The translations under genes and the position numbers were made by a program. DNA of 64,000 nt from an uncultured Gammaproteobacteria bacterium (GTDB lineage Bacteria > Pseudomonadota > Gammaproteobacteria > Steroidobacterales > BM003), in NCBI GenBank assembly GCA_963699835.1, contig CAVOVJ010000005.1, positions 9,939 to 73,938 of the forward strand, given 5' to 3'. The notes under the pieces were generated by a model. It saw only the letters and a program-made list of their open reading frames with translations. It did not search any database and was not told where the DNA came from. Positions 54,829-64,000 of this stretch are shown here, one piece after another (the first letter of the stretch is position 1; the number at the start of each line of letters is the position of its first letter).

Positions 54829-55398
54829 ATGAGCAGAAAGATATCTTTTCTGGCACTGTTACTTGTGGCTGGTGGCTGTAGTAAGCACATGGAGGTGCCT
54901 GTGGCCGAGACTTACGAGAATGCGCTGGGACGGACGGCGGCGATCCCCGTAGTCGCGCCGGATAGCGAGGCGGAGTCTGCCGCACTAGCGCGGTTTCAGG
55001 AATTTCTTTCGGCGATGAGCGCGGATGGAATACGGGCGGATATTCGCGAGGTCTACGCCCAGAATGTGTTCTTCAACGATACCTTGAAAACTGTGGCCGG
55101 GGTCGATGCCCTCGAGGAATACCTGCTCGAGACGGTCCAGCGCACGTCGTTCGTGCGCGTGAGATTTGACGACGTCGTGCGTTCCGGGCGCGATTACTAC
55201 CTGCGCTGGTTCATGGAGTACCAGTCCGACCGGATCAACGGCGGTGCGGTCGTGAGCTCGATCGGGATGTCCCAGATCCGGTTCGACGAGTCGGGTAAGG
55301 TCGTTTTGCATCAGGATTACTGGGATTCGACCGGTGGCCTTTTCGAGCATGCCCCGGTCGTCGGATGGGTACTGCGCAAGGTGAAATCGGGTTTATAG
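54829..55398 (+). CDS. NTF2/SnoaL-like lipoprotein
   Basis: MSRKISFLALLLVAGGCS lipobox. VYAQNVFFNDTL...YYLRWFMEY...FDESGKVVLHQDYWD. Confidence 0.7.
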   Translation: MSRKISFLALLLVAGGCSKHMEVPVAETYENALGRTAAIPVVAPDSEAESAALARFQEFLSAMSADGIRADIREVYAQNVFFNDTLKTVAGVDALEEYLLETVQRTSFVRVRFDDVVRSGRDYYLRWFMEYQSDRINGGAVVSSIGMSQIRFDESGKVVLHQDYWDSTGGLFEHAPVVGWVLRKVKSGL

Positions 55399-55513
55399 CC
55401 GCCGCGCCGTGTCCACCCCCGGCGCCGTCGCTTGTAATGCGGCCGTAACAATGCGGTTCTAGCGTGTAACGGATTTGTCATTTGGCCGAGACTATCGGTC
55501 CGGAGAAAATCCC

Positions 55514-56521
55514 ATGCGCAGCCTGTTTATTGCGAGCGTGGCGGTCCTGTTTTCAGGCCTCGCCAGTGCCGCCGAGCTCAATGTCGCCCTGTTCAACGTG
55601 GAGTCCGATCACTCGGAGAGGCGCACAATCGGCGATCAGATTGCACGTTACTACCGGGATTATGCGATTGATCTGTGGGCATTTGCCGAAGTCTGGGACG
55701 AGGACTGGAGCCGCGAGTTCGTCGATGACATTAGCAAGGCGCATGATCGCGCAACCCGTGAGGACATCGAGTTCGAGACGGTTTTTGGCGAGACCGGTGG
55801 CGACAACCGGTTACTCATCGTGTACAACCCGGCCAAACTCGAGGTCTTGGCTAGCCAGGAGCTGGCCGGGCTTGATATCCGGCGCTCGAATCCGGCCCCG
55901 CTTGCGGTCCATTTCCGTTTGCGCGGAGGGCCCGAGTTCATGTTTGTCGTTACTCGCTTCGACCGTTATCGTGAGGAGGCCCGCGAGCAGGCCGCGGAAG
56001 GACTCAACCGCTGGGTAGCCCAGCAAACGCTGCCGGTACTCGCGGTGGGAACCTTCGGCTTCGGCTGGTCGACAAAAGACGACGGCGCGAGCCGCGAGCC
56101 GGGCTTTGACAAGCTGATTGCCGGGGGCGCTCTCACCTGGGTCCGGCCTTCGCGAATCGTGCCGACCGAGTGCGGGCCCGAGCGCAACGTCGAAGACTTC
56201 ATACTCGTGGGTGGCCCTGCGCGCGACTGGCCGATCAAGGTTCGGGTGCTCTCGGACGCGCCCAACTATTGTCCCGACAGCGATCTGACCAGCAGCCACC
56301 GCCCTTTGCTGGCGCGGATAGGTTACGAGGATGCGGATGCGGTATTGCCGGTGGTGGAGGCCACACCTTCGACACTGCCTGCCGGCATCCCGTCCGCGGA
56401 AAAACAGTTGGATCCGGCCACACGCGAGGAAATTCTCAGGCGAATCGCGGTAATCGAGGCCGAACTGGAGGCCCTGAAATCGTTACTGGGTGTCGAGCCG
56501 GTGAGGGAGCCGGCGCGCTAA
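55514..56521 (+). CDS. Secreted endonuclease/exonuclease/phosphatase (EEP) family protein
   Basis: ATG 55514 with a signal peptide. LNVALFNVES, DLWAFAEV, SSHRPLLARI (C-terminal catalytic His). Coiled C-terminal tail. Confidence 0.7.
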   Translation: MRSLFIASVAVLFSGLASAAELNVALFNVESDHSERRTIGDQIARYYRDYAIDLWAFAEVWDEDWSREFVDDISKAHDRATREDIEFETVFGETGGDNRLLIVYNPAKLEVLASQELAGLDIRRSNPAPLAVHFRLRGGPEFMFVVTRFDRYREEAREQAAEGLNRWVAQQTLPVLAVGTFGFGWSTKDDGASREPGFDKLIAGGALTWVRPSRIVPTECGPERNVEDFILVGGPARDWPIKVRVLSDAPNYCPDSDLTSSHRPLLARIGYEDADAVLPVVEATPSTLPAGIPSAEKQLDPATREEILRRIAVIEAELEALKSLLGVEPVREPAR

Positions 56522-56865
56522 AGATACGGCTCGGGACAGTAAATGTCGTGCAGGACCTCGATGATCCTGGTTGCCTTGTTGCTGGACAGCGAATAAAAAA
56601 TGGTCTGTGACTCGCGCCGCGTTTCGACCAGTTCGGCGTGACGCAGTACGGCGAGATGCTGGGACAAGGCGGACTGGCTCATGCCGACGAGTTCGTTGAG
56701 CCTGCCTACCGAGAGCTCGCCATCGACGAGTGAGCACAGGATCAGGAGACGCGTGGAATTGCCCAGCGTTTTCAGCAGTTGCGACGCTTCCTTGGCGTGT
56801 TCGCGCATTTGCGCGAGTTCGGCCCCGGATAGAGCGGTGGGCGCTTCCGGCATGACTGTCGACAT
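56518..56865 (-). CDS. ArsR/SmtB family transcriptional regulator
   Basis: GGGGAGA SD before ATG 56865. LLKTLGNSTRLLILCSLVDGELSVGRLNELVGMSQSALSQHLAVLRHAELV. Confidence 0.85.
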   Translation of the reverse strand: MSTVMPEAPTALSGAELAQMREHAKEASQLLKTLGNSTRLLILCSLVDGELSVGRLNELVGMSQSALSQHLAVLRHAELVETRRESQTIFYSLSSNKATRIIEVLHDIYCPEPYL

Positions 56866-56925
56866 CGCTGTAGTCTCCCCTCGATATTGTCGATATTTTA
56901 GCCCGGTCCAGCGGCAATTTCCGGG

Positions 56926-56952
56926 ATTCAGTTCTGAATCATCTGAATTATA
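56926..56952 (-). promoter_or_regulatory. Candidate ArsR-type operator overlapping a -10 box
   Basis: ATTCAG-TT-CTGAAT perfect palindrome (56926-39) with a third CTGAAT half-site (56943-48). TATAAT on the minus strand at 56947-52. AT-rich context. Confidence 0.5.
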
Positions 56953-56983
56953 ATAAATATCAATCATAATCAATGAGTTATTC

Positions 56984-57868
56984 TTATGTCTGCGGTGCGT
57001 TCCCCAGCGCAATCTGGCGTTCGGGGTCACTGATCCAGGCGCTCCAGGAGCCGACGTAGAGGCGGCCCCCGCCGAGTCCGGCCAGGCGCATTGCGAGAAG
57101 GCTGTGACAGGCGGTCACTCCCGACCCGCACATCGCGATGGCTGCCGCGGCCTGCCGGCCGTCGAGCTTGTCACGATAGAGCTCGCGCAATTGGCCGGCA
57201 GGGCGAAAACGGCCGCTGCCGTCGAGATTCTCGGAAAATGGGACGTTGACGGCGCCGGGAATGTGTCCTGGCTTGCTGTCAATCGGCTCGACTTCGCCCC
57301 GGTAGCGTGGTGCCGCGCGCGCATCCAGCACGAGTCCGCCGTCTGCGAGCGCCAGGGCTGTTTCGTTGGTATCGGCGGTCCAGCCGGTCTGGATGCTGGC
57401 ACGGAAATCAACGGTTTCAGCCCTCCCGATACCGGCCTCCAGCGCGCGGCCGCCGCTGCGCCAGCTGTTCCAGCCACCGTCGAGCAGCGCCACCCGCGCG
57501 TGACCCGACCAGCGCAACATCCACCACAACCGGGCGGCAATCGCGCCGCCAGCGTCGTCGTACACTACAACCCGAGTGCGCGGACCGATCCCCCAGTGGC
57601 TGACGGTGGCCTGCCAGGTTACCGGGTCGGGTAGAGGATGACGGCCGCGGTCTGCGCCCGGTGGCCCGGCCAGGTCGCGGTCGAGGTGGGCGTACAGGGC
57701 CCCGGGGATATGGCTTTCGCGGTAGGCATTTTCGCCGGCGGCGGTGTCGAATAGATCGAAGCGGGCATCGATGACCCGCCATTCCGGGTCGTCCAGATGC
57801 CGCGCCAGCGTTTCGCAGCTGACAAGATCGTCCGTTAATGGTGGCAGTTGGTCGATGTGGTTACCCAT
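56984..57868 (-). CDS. sseA: 3-mercaptopyruvate/thiosulfate sulfurtransferase (tandem rhodanese)
   Basis: ATG 57868. YRESHIPGA, and the active-site loop IAMCGSGVTACHSLLA in the second rhodanese domain. Confidence 0.85.
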   Translation of the reverse strand: MGNHIDQLPPLTDDLVSCETLARHLDDPEWRVIDARFDLFDTAAGENAYRESHIPGALYAHLDRDLAGPPGADRGRHPLPDPVTWQATVSHWGIGPRTRVVVYDDAGGAIAARLWWMLRWSGHARVALLDGGWNSWRSGGRALEAGIGRAETVDFRASIQTGWTADTNETALALADGGLVLDARAAPRYRGEVEPIDSKPGHIPGAVNVPFSENLDGSGRFRPAGQLRELYRDKLDGRQAAAAIAMCGSGVTACHSLLAMRLAGLGGGRLYVGSWSAWISDPERQIALGNAPQT

Positions 57869-58023
57869 GTCCCGAATCCAGTGCGCTGAGGTTATGTCAT
57901 GACATCGCACGGGGTCCGCTCTTATTGCCGTGCCCGCGCCCGGTCGGGTAAATGTTAACCTGCGCGGCGTATTCCGGCGCTCGGCGCGCCGGTGCAGGTG
58001 TGTAAACCCGGCAGGGCGGGCAA

Positions 58024-58947
58024 ATGAGCATTTTGCGGGCGAAATCTCTGAACATCGAGTACGACGAATTCGGCGACCGGACGGCGCCGGCGATCCTGTT
58101 GATTATGGGGCTCGGAACGCAGATGACCGCGTGGCCCGAGAGTTTGTGCCATGGCCTGGCCGAGCGCGGTTTTCGGGTGATCCGGTTCGACAATCGCGAT
58201 GTGGGCCTGTCCGATAAGTTTGACGGAGTCAAAGTGCCGGGCTTCGTGCGCTGGAAACTGATGCACATGCTCGGCATCAAGGTCCGGCCGCCATATACGC
58301 TTGCGGACATGGCGGATGACGGGTTCGGCGTGCTGGACGCGCTCGGAGTTGCGCGTGCTCACCTGGTGGGTATTTCAATGGGCGGTATGATCGCCCAGAT
58401 CATGGCGGGAACCCGTCCCGAGCGGGTGCGGTCATTGACCTCTCTTGCCTCGACCAGCGGCGCGCAGGGGCTTCCGGGCCCGGATGCACAGCTGGCCCGG
58501 CATATGTTTACCCGTCCGCGCAAAGCCAGCCGGGAATATCTGCTCGACCATACCGTCAAGACCTGGCGCATGATCGGCAGTCCGGCATACCCGGTGTCCG
58601 ACGAGGAACGGCACAGCAAGGCCAGCGCAGCGCTGGACCGCAGTTTTTACCCGCAGGGTTATCGTCGCCATCTGGCCGCAATCCTCGGTAGCGCTGGCCG
58701 CATCGGCTTACTGGGCCGGATCGAGACGCCAACGCTGGTGATCCATGGTGATTGTGACCGGCTGATCCCGCTGGAATGCGGGCGAGACACGGCACGGCGC
58801 ATCCCCGGTTCGCGGCTCGAAATCATTACCGGCCTGGGTCACGACCTCCCCGAGTCGTTTATGCCGCAATTGGTCGACCTGGTCGCCGCCCACGCGGAAG
58901 CGGCGGACCGCCGCGGCGAAACCGCGGGCTCGTCCGGAAAACCGTGA
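58024..58947 (+). CDS. Alpha/beta hydrolase
   Basis: ILLIMGLGTQMTAW, GISMGGMIAQ (nucleophile elbow), VIHGDCDRLIP, GLGHDLP. Confidence 0.85.
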   Translation: MSILRAKSLNIEYDEFGDRTAPAILLIMGLGTQMTAWPESLCHGLAERGFRVIRFDNRDVGLSDKFDGVKVPGFVRWKLMHMLGIKVRPPYTLADMADDGFGVLDALGVARAHLVGISMGGMIAQIMAGTRPERVRSLTSLASTSGAQGLPGPDAQLARHMFTRPRKASREYLLDHTVKTWRMIGSPAYPVSDEERHSKASAALDRSFYPQGYRRHLAAILGSAGRIGLLGRIETPTLVIHGDCDRLIPLECGRDTARRIPGSRLEIITGLGHDLPESFMPQLVDLVAAHAEAADRRGETAGSSGKP

Positions 58948-58989
58948 GGTATCGGCCGATCGGGTGACGGCAGGTAACGGCGGCCCGGT

Positions 58990-60672
58990 CTAAACCGGCT
59001 TGTCGGTCACCGCGCCCTCGGAGGCGGAGCCGACAAGGCGCGCATATTTTGCCAGCAAACCGCGCTTTGCATAGGGCGGCGGGGCCGACCACAGTTCGCG
59101 CCGGCGCGTCAGTTCGGTGTCAGGAACGGCGAGAGTGATGCTCCGCGCCACCGCGTCGATGCGAATCTCGTCGCCATCTTCTATCAGCGCTATGGGCCCG
59201 CCCGCCGCGGCCTCGGGAGCGACATGGCCCACGACGAAGCCGTGGCTGCCCCCCGAGAAACGCCCGTCGGTGATCAGCGCAACGCTGTCACCCAGCCCGC
59301 GGCCGATGATCGCGCCGGTTGGCGAAAGCATTTCACGCATCCCCGGACCGCCGCGCGGTCCTTCATAGCGAATGACCACGACATCGCCGGCCGCCACCTT
59401 GCCGTCGAGAATGCTTTGCAGGGCCTGTTCCTCGCCATGAAACACTTTTGCATGTCCGGTAAACGACAGGCCCTCCTTGCCGGTGATTTTTGCGACCGCG
59501 CCTTCGGGCGCGAGGTTGCCCCGCATCACCACGAGGTGGCTATCGCGCTTGATGGGCTCGGCAATGGGATGGACGATGTCCTGACCATCCGGATACGGAC
59601 CGACGTTGGCCAGTGACTCAGCGAGAGTGTCGCCGGACACGGTCAGGCAGTCTCCGTGGAGCAACCCGGCATCGAGCAGGGTCTTCATCAGTGGCCGGAT
59701 ACCGCCGATCGCGATCAACGCGGACATCGAGTAGCGACCACTCGGACGCAGATCGGCCAGCACCGGGACGCGCGCACCGATACGATTGAAATCCTCGAGT
59801 TCGAGCTCGACACCGGCACTCGACGCAATCGCCAGCAGGTGGAGGACGGCATTGGTCGATCCACCCAGGGCAATCACCGTCGTGATCGCGTTCTCGAAAG
59901 CATCGCGGGTCAGGATGTCCGAGGGGCGGATGCCCTTGTCGATCAGCTTGAGGACGGCTTGCCCGGCGCGAAAACTGTCATCGAGCTTGGTGTCCGATAT
60001 CGCTTCCTGGGCCGAGCTGTTCGGCAGGCTGAGCCCGAGCGCTTCGATGGCGGAGGCCATCGTGTTGGCGGTGTACATGCCGGCGCAGGATCCGGGTCCG
60101 GGTATTGCGGTGCGCTCGACTTCGGCCAGCGCTTCATCGCTGATCGATCCCTGGGCATGTGCCCCGACCGCTTCGAAAACCGAGACCACGTCGCGTTCCT
60201 TCGCGCCGGGCTGAATCGTCCCGCCATAAACGAAGACCGCCGGCCGGTTGAGGCGGGCGATCGCCATCACGCAGCCGGGCATGTTTTTGTCGCAGCCGCC
60301 GATTGCGACGAGTCCATCCATGCCTTCGGCACCGACTACCGCTTCGATTGAATCCGCGATGACCTCGCGCGATACCAGTGAATAGCGCATGCCCGGCGAT
60401 CCCATCGAGATCCCATCGGAAACCGTGATGGTGTTGAACACGATGCTCTTGCCGCCCGCCGCGTCAGCGCCTTCGGCCGCGCGCTCGGCGAGCTTGTCGA
60501 TATGCATATTGCAGGGAGTAACCATGCTCCAGGTCGACGCGATGGCGATTTGCGGCTTGGCGAAATCGGCATCACTGAATCCCACCGCGCGCAGCATTGC
60601 GCGGCTCGGCGCCCGTTCCGGGCCGTCGACGACGACGCTGGAAAATGGCCTTTTATCGGTGTCTTTGTTCAT
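58990..60672 (-). CDS. ilvD: Dihydroxy-acid dehydratase
   Basis: [72 protein letters not shown]. Confidence 0.95.
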   Translation of the reverse strand: MNKDTDKRPFSSVVVDGPERAPSRAMLRAVGFSDADFAKPQIAIASTWSMVTPCNMHIDKLAERAAEGADAAGGKSIVFNTITVSDGISMGSPGMRYSLVSREVIADSIEAVVGAEGMDGLVAIGGCDKNMPGCVMAIARLNRPAVFVYGGTIQPGAKERDVVSVFEAVGAHAQGSISDEALAEVERTAIPGPGSCAGMYTANTMASAIEALGLSLPNSSAQEAISDTKLDDSFRAGQAVLKLIDKGIRPSDILTRDAFENAITTVIALGGSTNAVLHLLAIASSAGVELELEDFNRIGARVPVLADLRPSGRYSMSALIAIGGIRPLMKTLLDAGLLHGDCLTVSGDTLAESLANVGPYPDGQDIVHPIAEPIKRDSHLVVMRGNLAPEGAVAKITGKEGLSFTGHAKVFHGEEQALQSILDGKVAAGDVVVIRYEGPRGGPGMREMLSPTGAIIGRGLGDSVALITDGRFSGGSHGFVVGHVAPEAAAGGPIALIEDGDEIRIDAVARSITLAVPDTELTRRRELWSAPPPYAKRGLLAKYARLVGSASEGAVTDKPV

Positions 60673-60903
60673 CTGGGTTCGTTATCCGGCGGTTCCGGCC
60701 GGTCGCGGCCGGCGTGGAGAATACGGGTTCTGGTGCGGCGGCAGGGCCATTACTGTTGCAGGGTTATCAGGGCCAGAGCCGTGCGATGCAGCGGTTTTGG
60801 CCGCTGTTGACATCCGTGTGCAGTTGCAACAATATCGGTCGGCATGTCGATTGCCAATAGGAAATACGCGTTTCCGACGCATGGTCTGGCCGGGTTCGCG
60901 TGG

Positions 60904-60957
60904 ATGCCCGCCGACACGCTTGGCCTCTCCCTCATTCTCCTTGGCACCGCGGGGTGA
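60904..60957 (+). CDS. Candidate Leu-rich leader peptide (17 aa) of an ilvC-leuAB attenuator
   Basis: MPADTLGLSLILLGTAG has 5 Leu and 1 Ile within 8 residues. Its stop overlaps GCGGGG (60949-54), which can pair with CCCCGC (60994-99), the 5' arm of the downstream terminator. The SD is weak. Confidence 0.35.
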   Translation: MPADTLGLSLILLGTAG

Positions 60958-60993
60958 AGGAATCGGGCTTGTAACTAAATACGATCTCCAGAA

Positions 60994-61027
60994 CCCCGCA
61001 CCGACGCCAGGTCGCTGCGGGGTTTTT
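60994..61027 (+). terminator. Rho-independent terminator / attenuator hairpin upstream of ilvC
   Basis: CCCCGCA-c-CGAC-gccag-GTCG-c-TGCGGGG followed by TTTTT. It ends 58 nt before the ilvC ATG. Confidence 0.7.
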
Positions 61028-61084
61028 CGTTAAAGGACACAACGCATTCACATTTGAACCCAACTGAACACACAGGAGTCGCGC

Positions 61085-62108
61085 ATGAACCTCTACACCG
61101 AAAAGGATGTCGATCCGCAGGCGCTCAAGGGCGCTCGAATCGCCGTGCTGGGCTATGGCAGCCAGGGACGCGCTCACGCGCTAAATCTTGCCGATAGCGG
61201 TTTCGACGTAGTCGTGGGTGTCCGCGAGGGCGGCAAGGGCTGGAACAAAGCGACGGCAGACGGGTTGCAGTGCGCCGAGCCGGCCGCGGCGGTCAAGGGC
61301 GCCGACCTGGTAGCCATGCTGGTTCCCGACATGGCACAGCCCGAGGTTTTCTCCGCGGTTGTCGGCAACATGCGCGCGGATGCAGCACTGCTTTTCGCCC
61401 ACGGATTTAATATCCACTACGGCCAGATCACGCCACCCGAGGGGATGGATGTGATCCTCGTGGCGCCAAAGGGACCGGGTGACCTGGTGCGGCGCCAGTA
61501 CGAACAGGGCCGCGGCGTACCTTGCCTGATGGCGGTGGCGCAGGATGCCAGCGGTAGCGCGTCGGCCAAGGCACTGGCGTTACGCCCATGGCATCGGCGG
61601 AACCCGCGGCGGGGTGATGGAGACCACTTTCAAGGAAGAAACCGAAACCGACTTGTTCGGTGAGCAGGCGGTACTGTGCGGTGGCGCAACCGAACTCGTC
61701 GTCCGAGGTTTCGAAACGCTGGTCGATGCCGGTTATCAGCCCGAAGTCGCTTACTTCGAATGCATGCACGAACTCAAGCTGATCGTGGATCTCCTGCACG
61801 AGGGCGGGATTCGCAAGATGCACGAGTTTATCAGTGAGACTGCAACCTATGGCGATCTGACCCGCGGCAAGCGGGTCGTCGACGAGTCTGCTGCCGAACG
61901 CATGCGTGAAGTGCTGCAGGAGATCCAGGACGGGACGTTTGCGCGCCAGTGGATAGACGAGAACGCGAAAGGTCTTCCCGAGTACAAGAAAATGCTGCAG
62001 GCCGATTTCGATCATCAGATCGAAACGGTGGGCGAGCGCCTGCGTTCGCGCATGTCGTGGCTGAACGAGGATAGCGATAAGGGTAAGAAGTCGTCCGCGG
62101 CAGCCTGA
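61085..62108 (+). CDS. ilvC: Ketol-acid reductoisomerase (class I); frameshifted as sequenced near 61575-61585
   Basis: [25 protein letters not shown] in ORF 61085..61663 up to ...SAKALAL. ORF 61545..62108 continues [35 protein letters not shown].... Length is not a multiple of 3. Confidence 0.9.
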
Positions 62109-62161
62109 GGCTGTTTGAGGGCGGCGCGGGGTAACCGAGATACCGCAGAGGAACATGACAA

Positions 62162-63733
62162 ATGACTGACCAGGAACGGGTGAAGATCTTCGATACCACG
62201 TTGCGTGACGGCGAGCAGTCGCCGGGTTGCAGCATGAATCTTGGAGAGAAGCTTCGTATCGGCCAGGCGCTCGCGGATCTTGGTGTGGACATTATCGAGG
62301 CCGGTTTTCCGGCCGCATCCCCCGGCGATTTCGAAGCCGTGCAGGCGCTGGCCGAAACCATCAAGGGTCCGGTTATCTGCGGTCTCGCGCGCTGTAATAC
62401 CGCTGATATCGAGGCGACCGCGCGGGCGATTCAGGGCGCCGACAAGAGCCGGATTCACGTTTTCGTCGCGACCAGTGCGATTCACCGCGAACACAAACTG
62501 CAGATGGCCAAGGAAGAGATTATCCGCTCTGCGGTCGAGGGAGTGAGTCAGGCCCGCGCCTTTTGTGACGACGTTGAGTTCTCGCCCGAGGATGCCTCGC
62601 GAACCGAGCCGGAGTTCCTGGCCGAAGTCGTCGCCGCGGCGATCGAGGCCGGCGCGACGACGATCAATATCCCGGATACGGTGGGGTACACCGTGCCAGG
62701 TGAGTTCCTGGATCTGTTCCGCTTCCTGAAGTCCAGCGTGGCCGGTATCGACGAGGTGACACTGTCGGTTCATTGCCACGATGATCTCGGTATGGCAGTT
62801 GCCAACAGTCTGGCTGCGGTCGAGGGCGGCGCGCGCCAGGTCGAATGCACAATAAACGGTATCGGTGAGCGTGCCGGCAACTGTTCGCTCGAAGAACTGG
62901 TGATGGCGTTACGCACGCGCGAGTCCTGGTTTGGTCTGAGTACCGGAATCAAATCCGAGAGGCTTTACCCGACCTGCCGGCTCGTCTCGACGATTACCGG
63001 CATGCCGATACCGCGCAACAAGGCGATTGTTGGCGGCAACGCGTTCGCCCATGAGTCCGGAATCCACCAGCACGGCATGCTGCGCAACTCCGCCACCTAC
63101 GAAATCATGCGGCCGCAGGATGTCGGTATCAATCGCAGTAACCTGGTGCTGGGCAAGCACAGCGGACGGCATGCGTTTCGTGACCGCATCAACGAACTCG
63201 GTTTTGTCCTTGACGACGTTGAACTGAACCGGGCGTTTGCCGAGTTCAAGAGGCTCGCCGACCAGAAAAAGGAAGTATTCGACTCCGATATCGAGTCGAT
63301 CGTGCTGCATGCCGAAATCGAAAGGCCGGGACCCTGGAGTATCACCGACCTCCGTATTGCGAGCGGCAACGGCGCGTTTGCATCGGCTGCGCTCGGGCTG
63401 ACCCATAGCGACGGGCGCAACGTGCGTGAGGCTGGTGTTGGTGACGGACCCATCGATGCCGCGTTCCAGGCGATCGAACGGGCGACCGGGATAGACGTAA
63501 CGCTTCTCGATTTCGAAGTACGCAGCGTGTCGGTTGGCGAGGACGCGCAGGGCGAAGTGGCGGTACTGGTTCGCTGTGATGATCGCGACTACCGTGGCCA
63601 CGGTATCAGCACCGATATCACCGAAGCCGGTGCACGCGCCTTCCTCGATGTCATCAATCGGATACTGCGTGCACGTGAGCGCAACGCGTTAGCGGGCGAG
63701 ACTACCGCCAGCCTTGCCGCCGGTTCGATCTGA
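62162..63733 (+). CDS. leuA: 2-isopropylmalate synthase
   Basis: [61 protein letters not shown]-terminal LeuA regulatory domain. Confidence 0.95.
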   Translation: MTDQERVKIFDTTLRDGEQSPGCSMNLGEKLRIGQALADLGVDIIEAGFPAASPGDFEAVQALAETIKGPVICGLARCNTADIEATARAIQGADKSRIHVFVATSAIHREHKLQMAKEEIIRSAVEGVSQARAFCDDVEFSPEDASRTEPEFLAEVVAAAIEAGATTINIPDTVGYTVPGEFLDLFRFLKSSVAGIDEVTLSVHCHDDLGMAVANSLAAVEGGARQVECTINGIGERAGNCSLEELVMALRTRESWFGLSTGIKSERLYPTCRLVSTITGMPIPRNKAIVGGNAFAHESGIHQHGMLRNSATYEIMRPQDVGINRSNLVLGKHSGRHAFRDRINELGFVLDDVELNRAFAEFKRLADQKKEVFDSDIESIVLHAEIERPGPWSITDLRIASGNGAFASAALGLTHSDGRNVREAGVGDGPIDAAFQAIERATGIDVTLLDFEVRSVSVGEDAQGEVAVLVRCDDRDYRGHGISTDITEAGARAFLDVINRILRARERNALAGETTASLAAGSI

Positions 63734-63745
63734 GCACGGCGGAAA

Positions 63746-64000
63746 ATGATGTCGCGGAGTGGGATGGTCGCAGTTTTGCCCGGAGACGGAATCGGCCCGG
63801 AAGTTATACAGCAGGCGGAACGGGTGTTGCGCACAGTCGCCGCGCAGGCGGGTCACTCGCTGACATTCGAACACGGTCTGATCGGCGGTGCCGCGATCGA
63901 CGCCGAGGGCAGTTCGATGCCGCAGCAAACGGTAGCCCTGTGCAGCCAGGCCGACGCGATTCTGCTGGGTGCTGTCGGCGGACCAAAGTGGTCCGACCCG
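63746..64000 (+). CDS. leuB: 3-isopropylmalate dehydrogenase, 3'-partial (runs off the window)
   Basis: VAVLPGDGIGPEV...LLGAVGGPKWSDP. The start is ATG 63746 or 63764. Confidence 0.85.
   Translation, partial: MMSRSGMVAVLPGDGIGPEVIQQAERVLRTVAAQAGHSLTFEHGLIGGAAIDAEGSSMPQQTVALCSQADAILLGAVGGPKWSDP

Noticed and set aside
62015-63601. Minus-strand ORFs of 254 aa and 230 aa
   Set aside because: They are antisense shadows of leuA.
1-64000. Search for CRISPR arrays, transposases, integrases, prophage genes, rRNA and tRNA
   Set aside because: I saw no spaced direct-repeat arrays, no DDE/tyrosine-recombinase-like ORFs and no cloverleaf candidates. The only sizeable repeat is the 1-kb tandem duplication at 28.4-30.4 kb.

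Overview
GC-rich chromosomal segment with Gammaproteobacteria-like gene content. I support about 75 protein genes. I found no rRNA, tRNA, CRISPR array, transposase or integrase.

Gene content, left to right:
- 0-7.5 kb: a histone H1-like nucleoid protein, a secreted metallophosphoesterase fused to a kinase-like domain, a Zn peptidase, DUF192, TPR plus methyltransferase, and an Ada-like regulator/MGMT fusion.
- 7.4-17 kb: a cluster of secreted hydrolases (M14, dienelactone hydrolase, M28-FN3) followed by an adaptor / ABC ATPase / two FtsX-permease exporter.
- 17-21.5 kb: two large TPR proteins (a TolB-N/TPR/DUF3471 protein and a TPR-sulfotransferase).
- 23.4-28 kb: a three-gene 2-oxoacid oxidoreductase operon (GltD-like flavoprotein, KorA, KorB).
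- 28-31 kb: a diverged 1-kb tandem duplication inside a phosphatase-fold / thioredoxin-fold / MAPEG operon.
- ~31 kb: a locus of unknown function preceded by a Fur box.
- 32-50 kb: a long run of mostly minus-strand small stress and detoxification genes (GNATs, VOCs, GST, cupin, ABM, AqpZ, ZntB, amidase, LepB-like).
- 50-58 kb: assorted housekeeping genes, including ttcA and an ArsR-rhodanese pair.
- 59-64 kb: ilvD and an ilvC-leuA-leuB operon preceded by a candidate Leu-rich leader peptide and attenuator.

The dominant technical observation is at least a dozen single-base frame breaks in otherwise conserved genes, including ilvC, and several sit at homopolymers. Indel errors in the sequence are the most economical explanation. 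Genuine gene decay is the alternative.

The most interesting biological candidates are:
- the duplicated periplasmic phosphatase-fold / single-Cys Trx-fold / MAPEG module with a chimeric junction ORF;
- the Fur-box locus with three coding segments joined by GTGA overlaps;
- the ilvC leader/attenuator;
- a structured roughly 140-nt RNA-like element ending in a strong terminator;
- the secreted phosphoesterase-kinase-like fusion.

All functional calls rest on by-eye motif recognition. No database search was possible.
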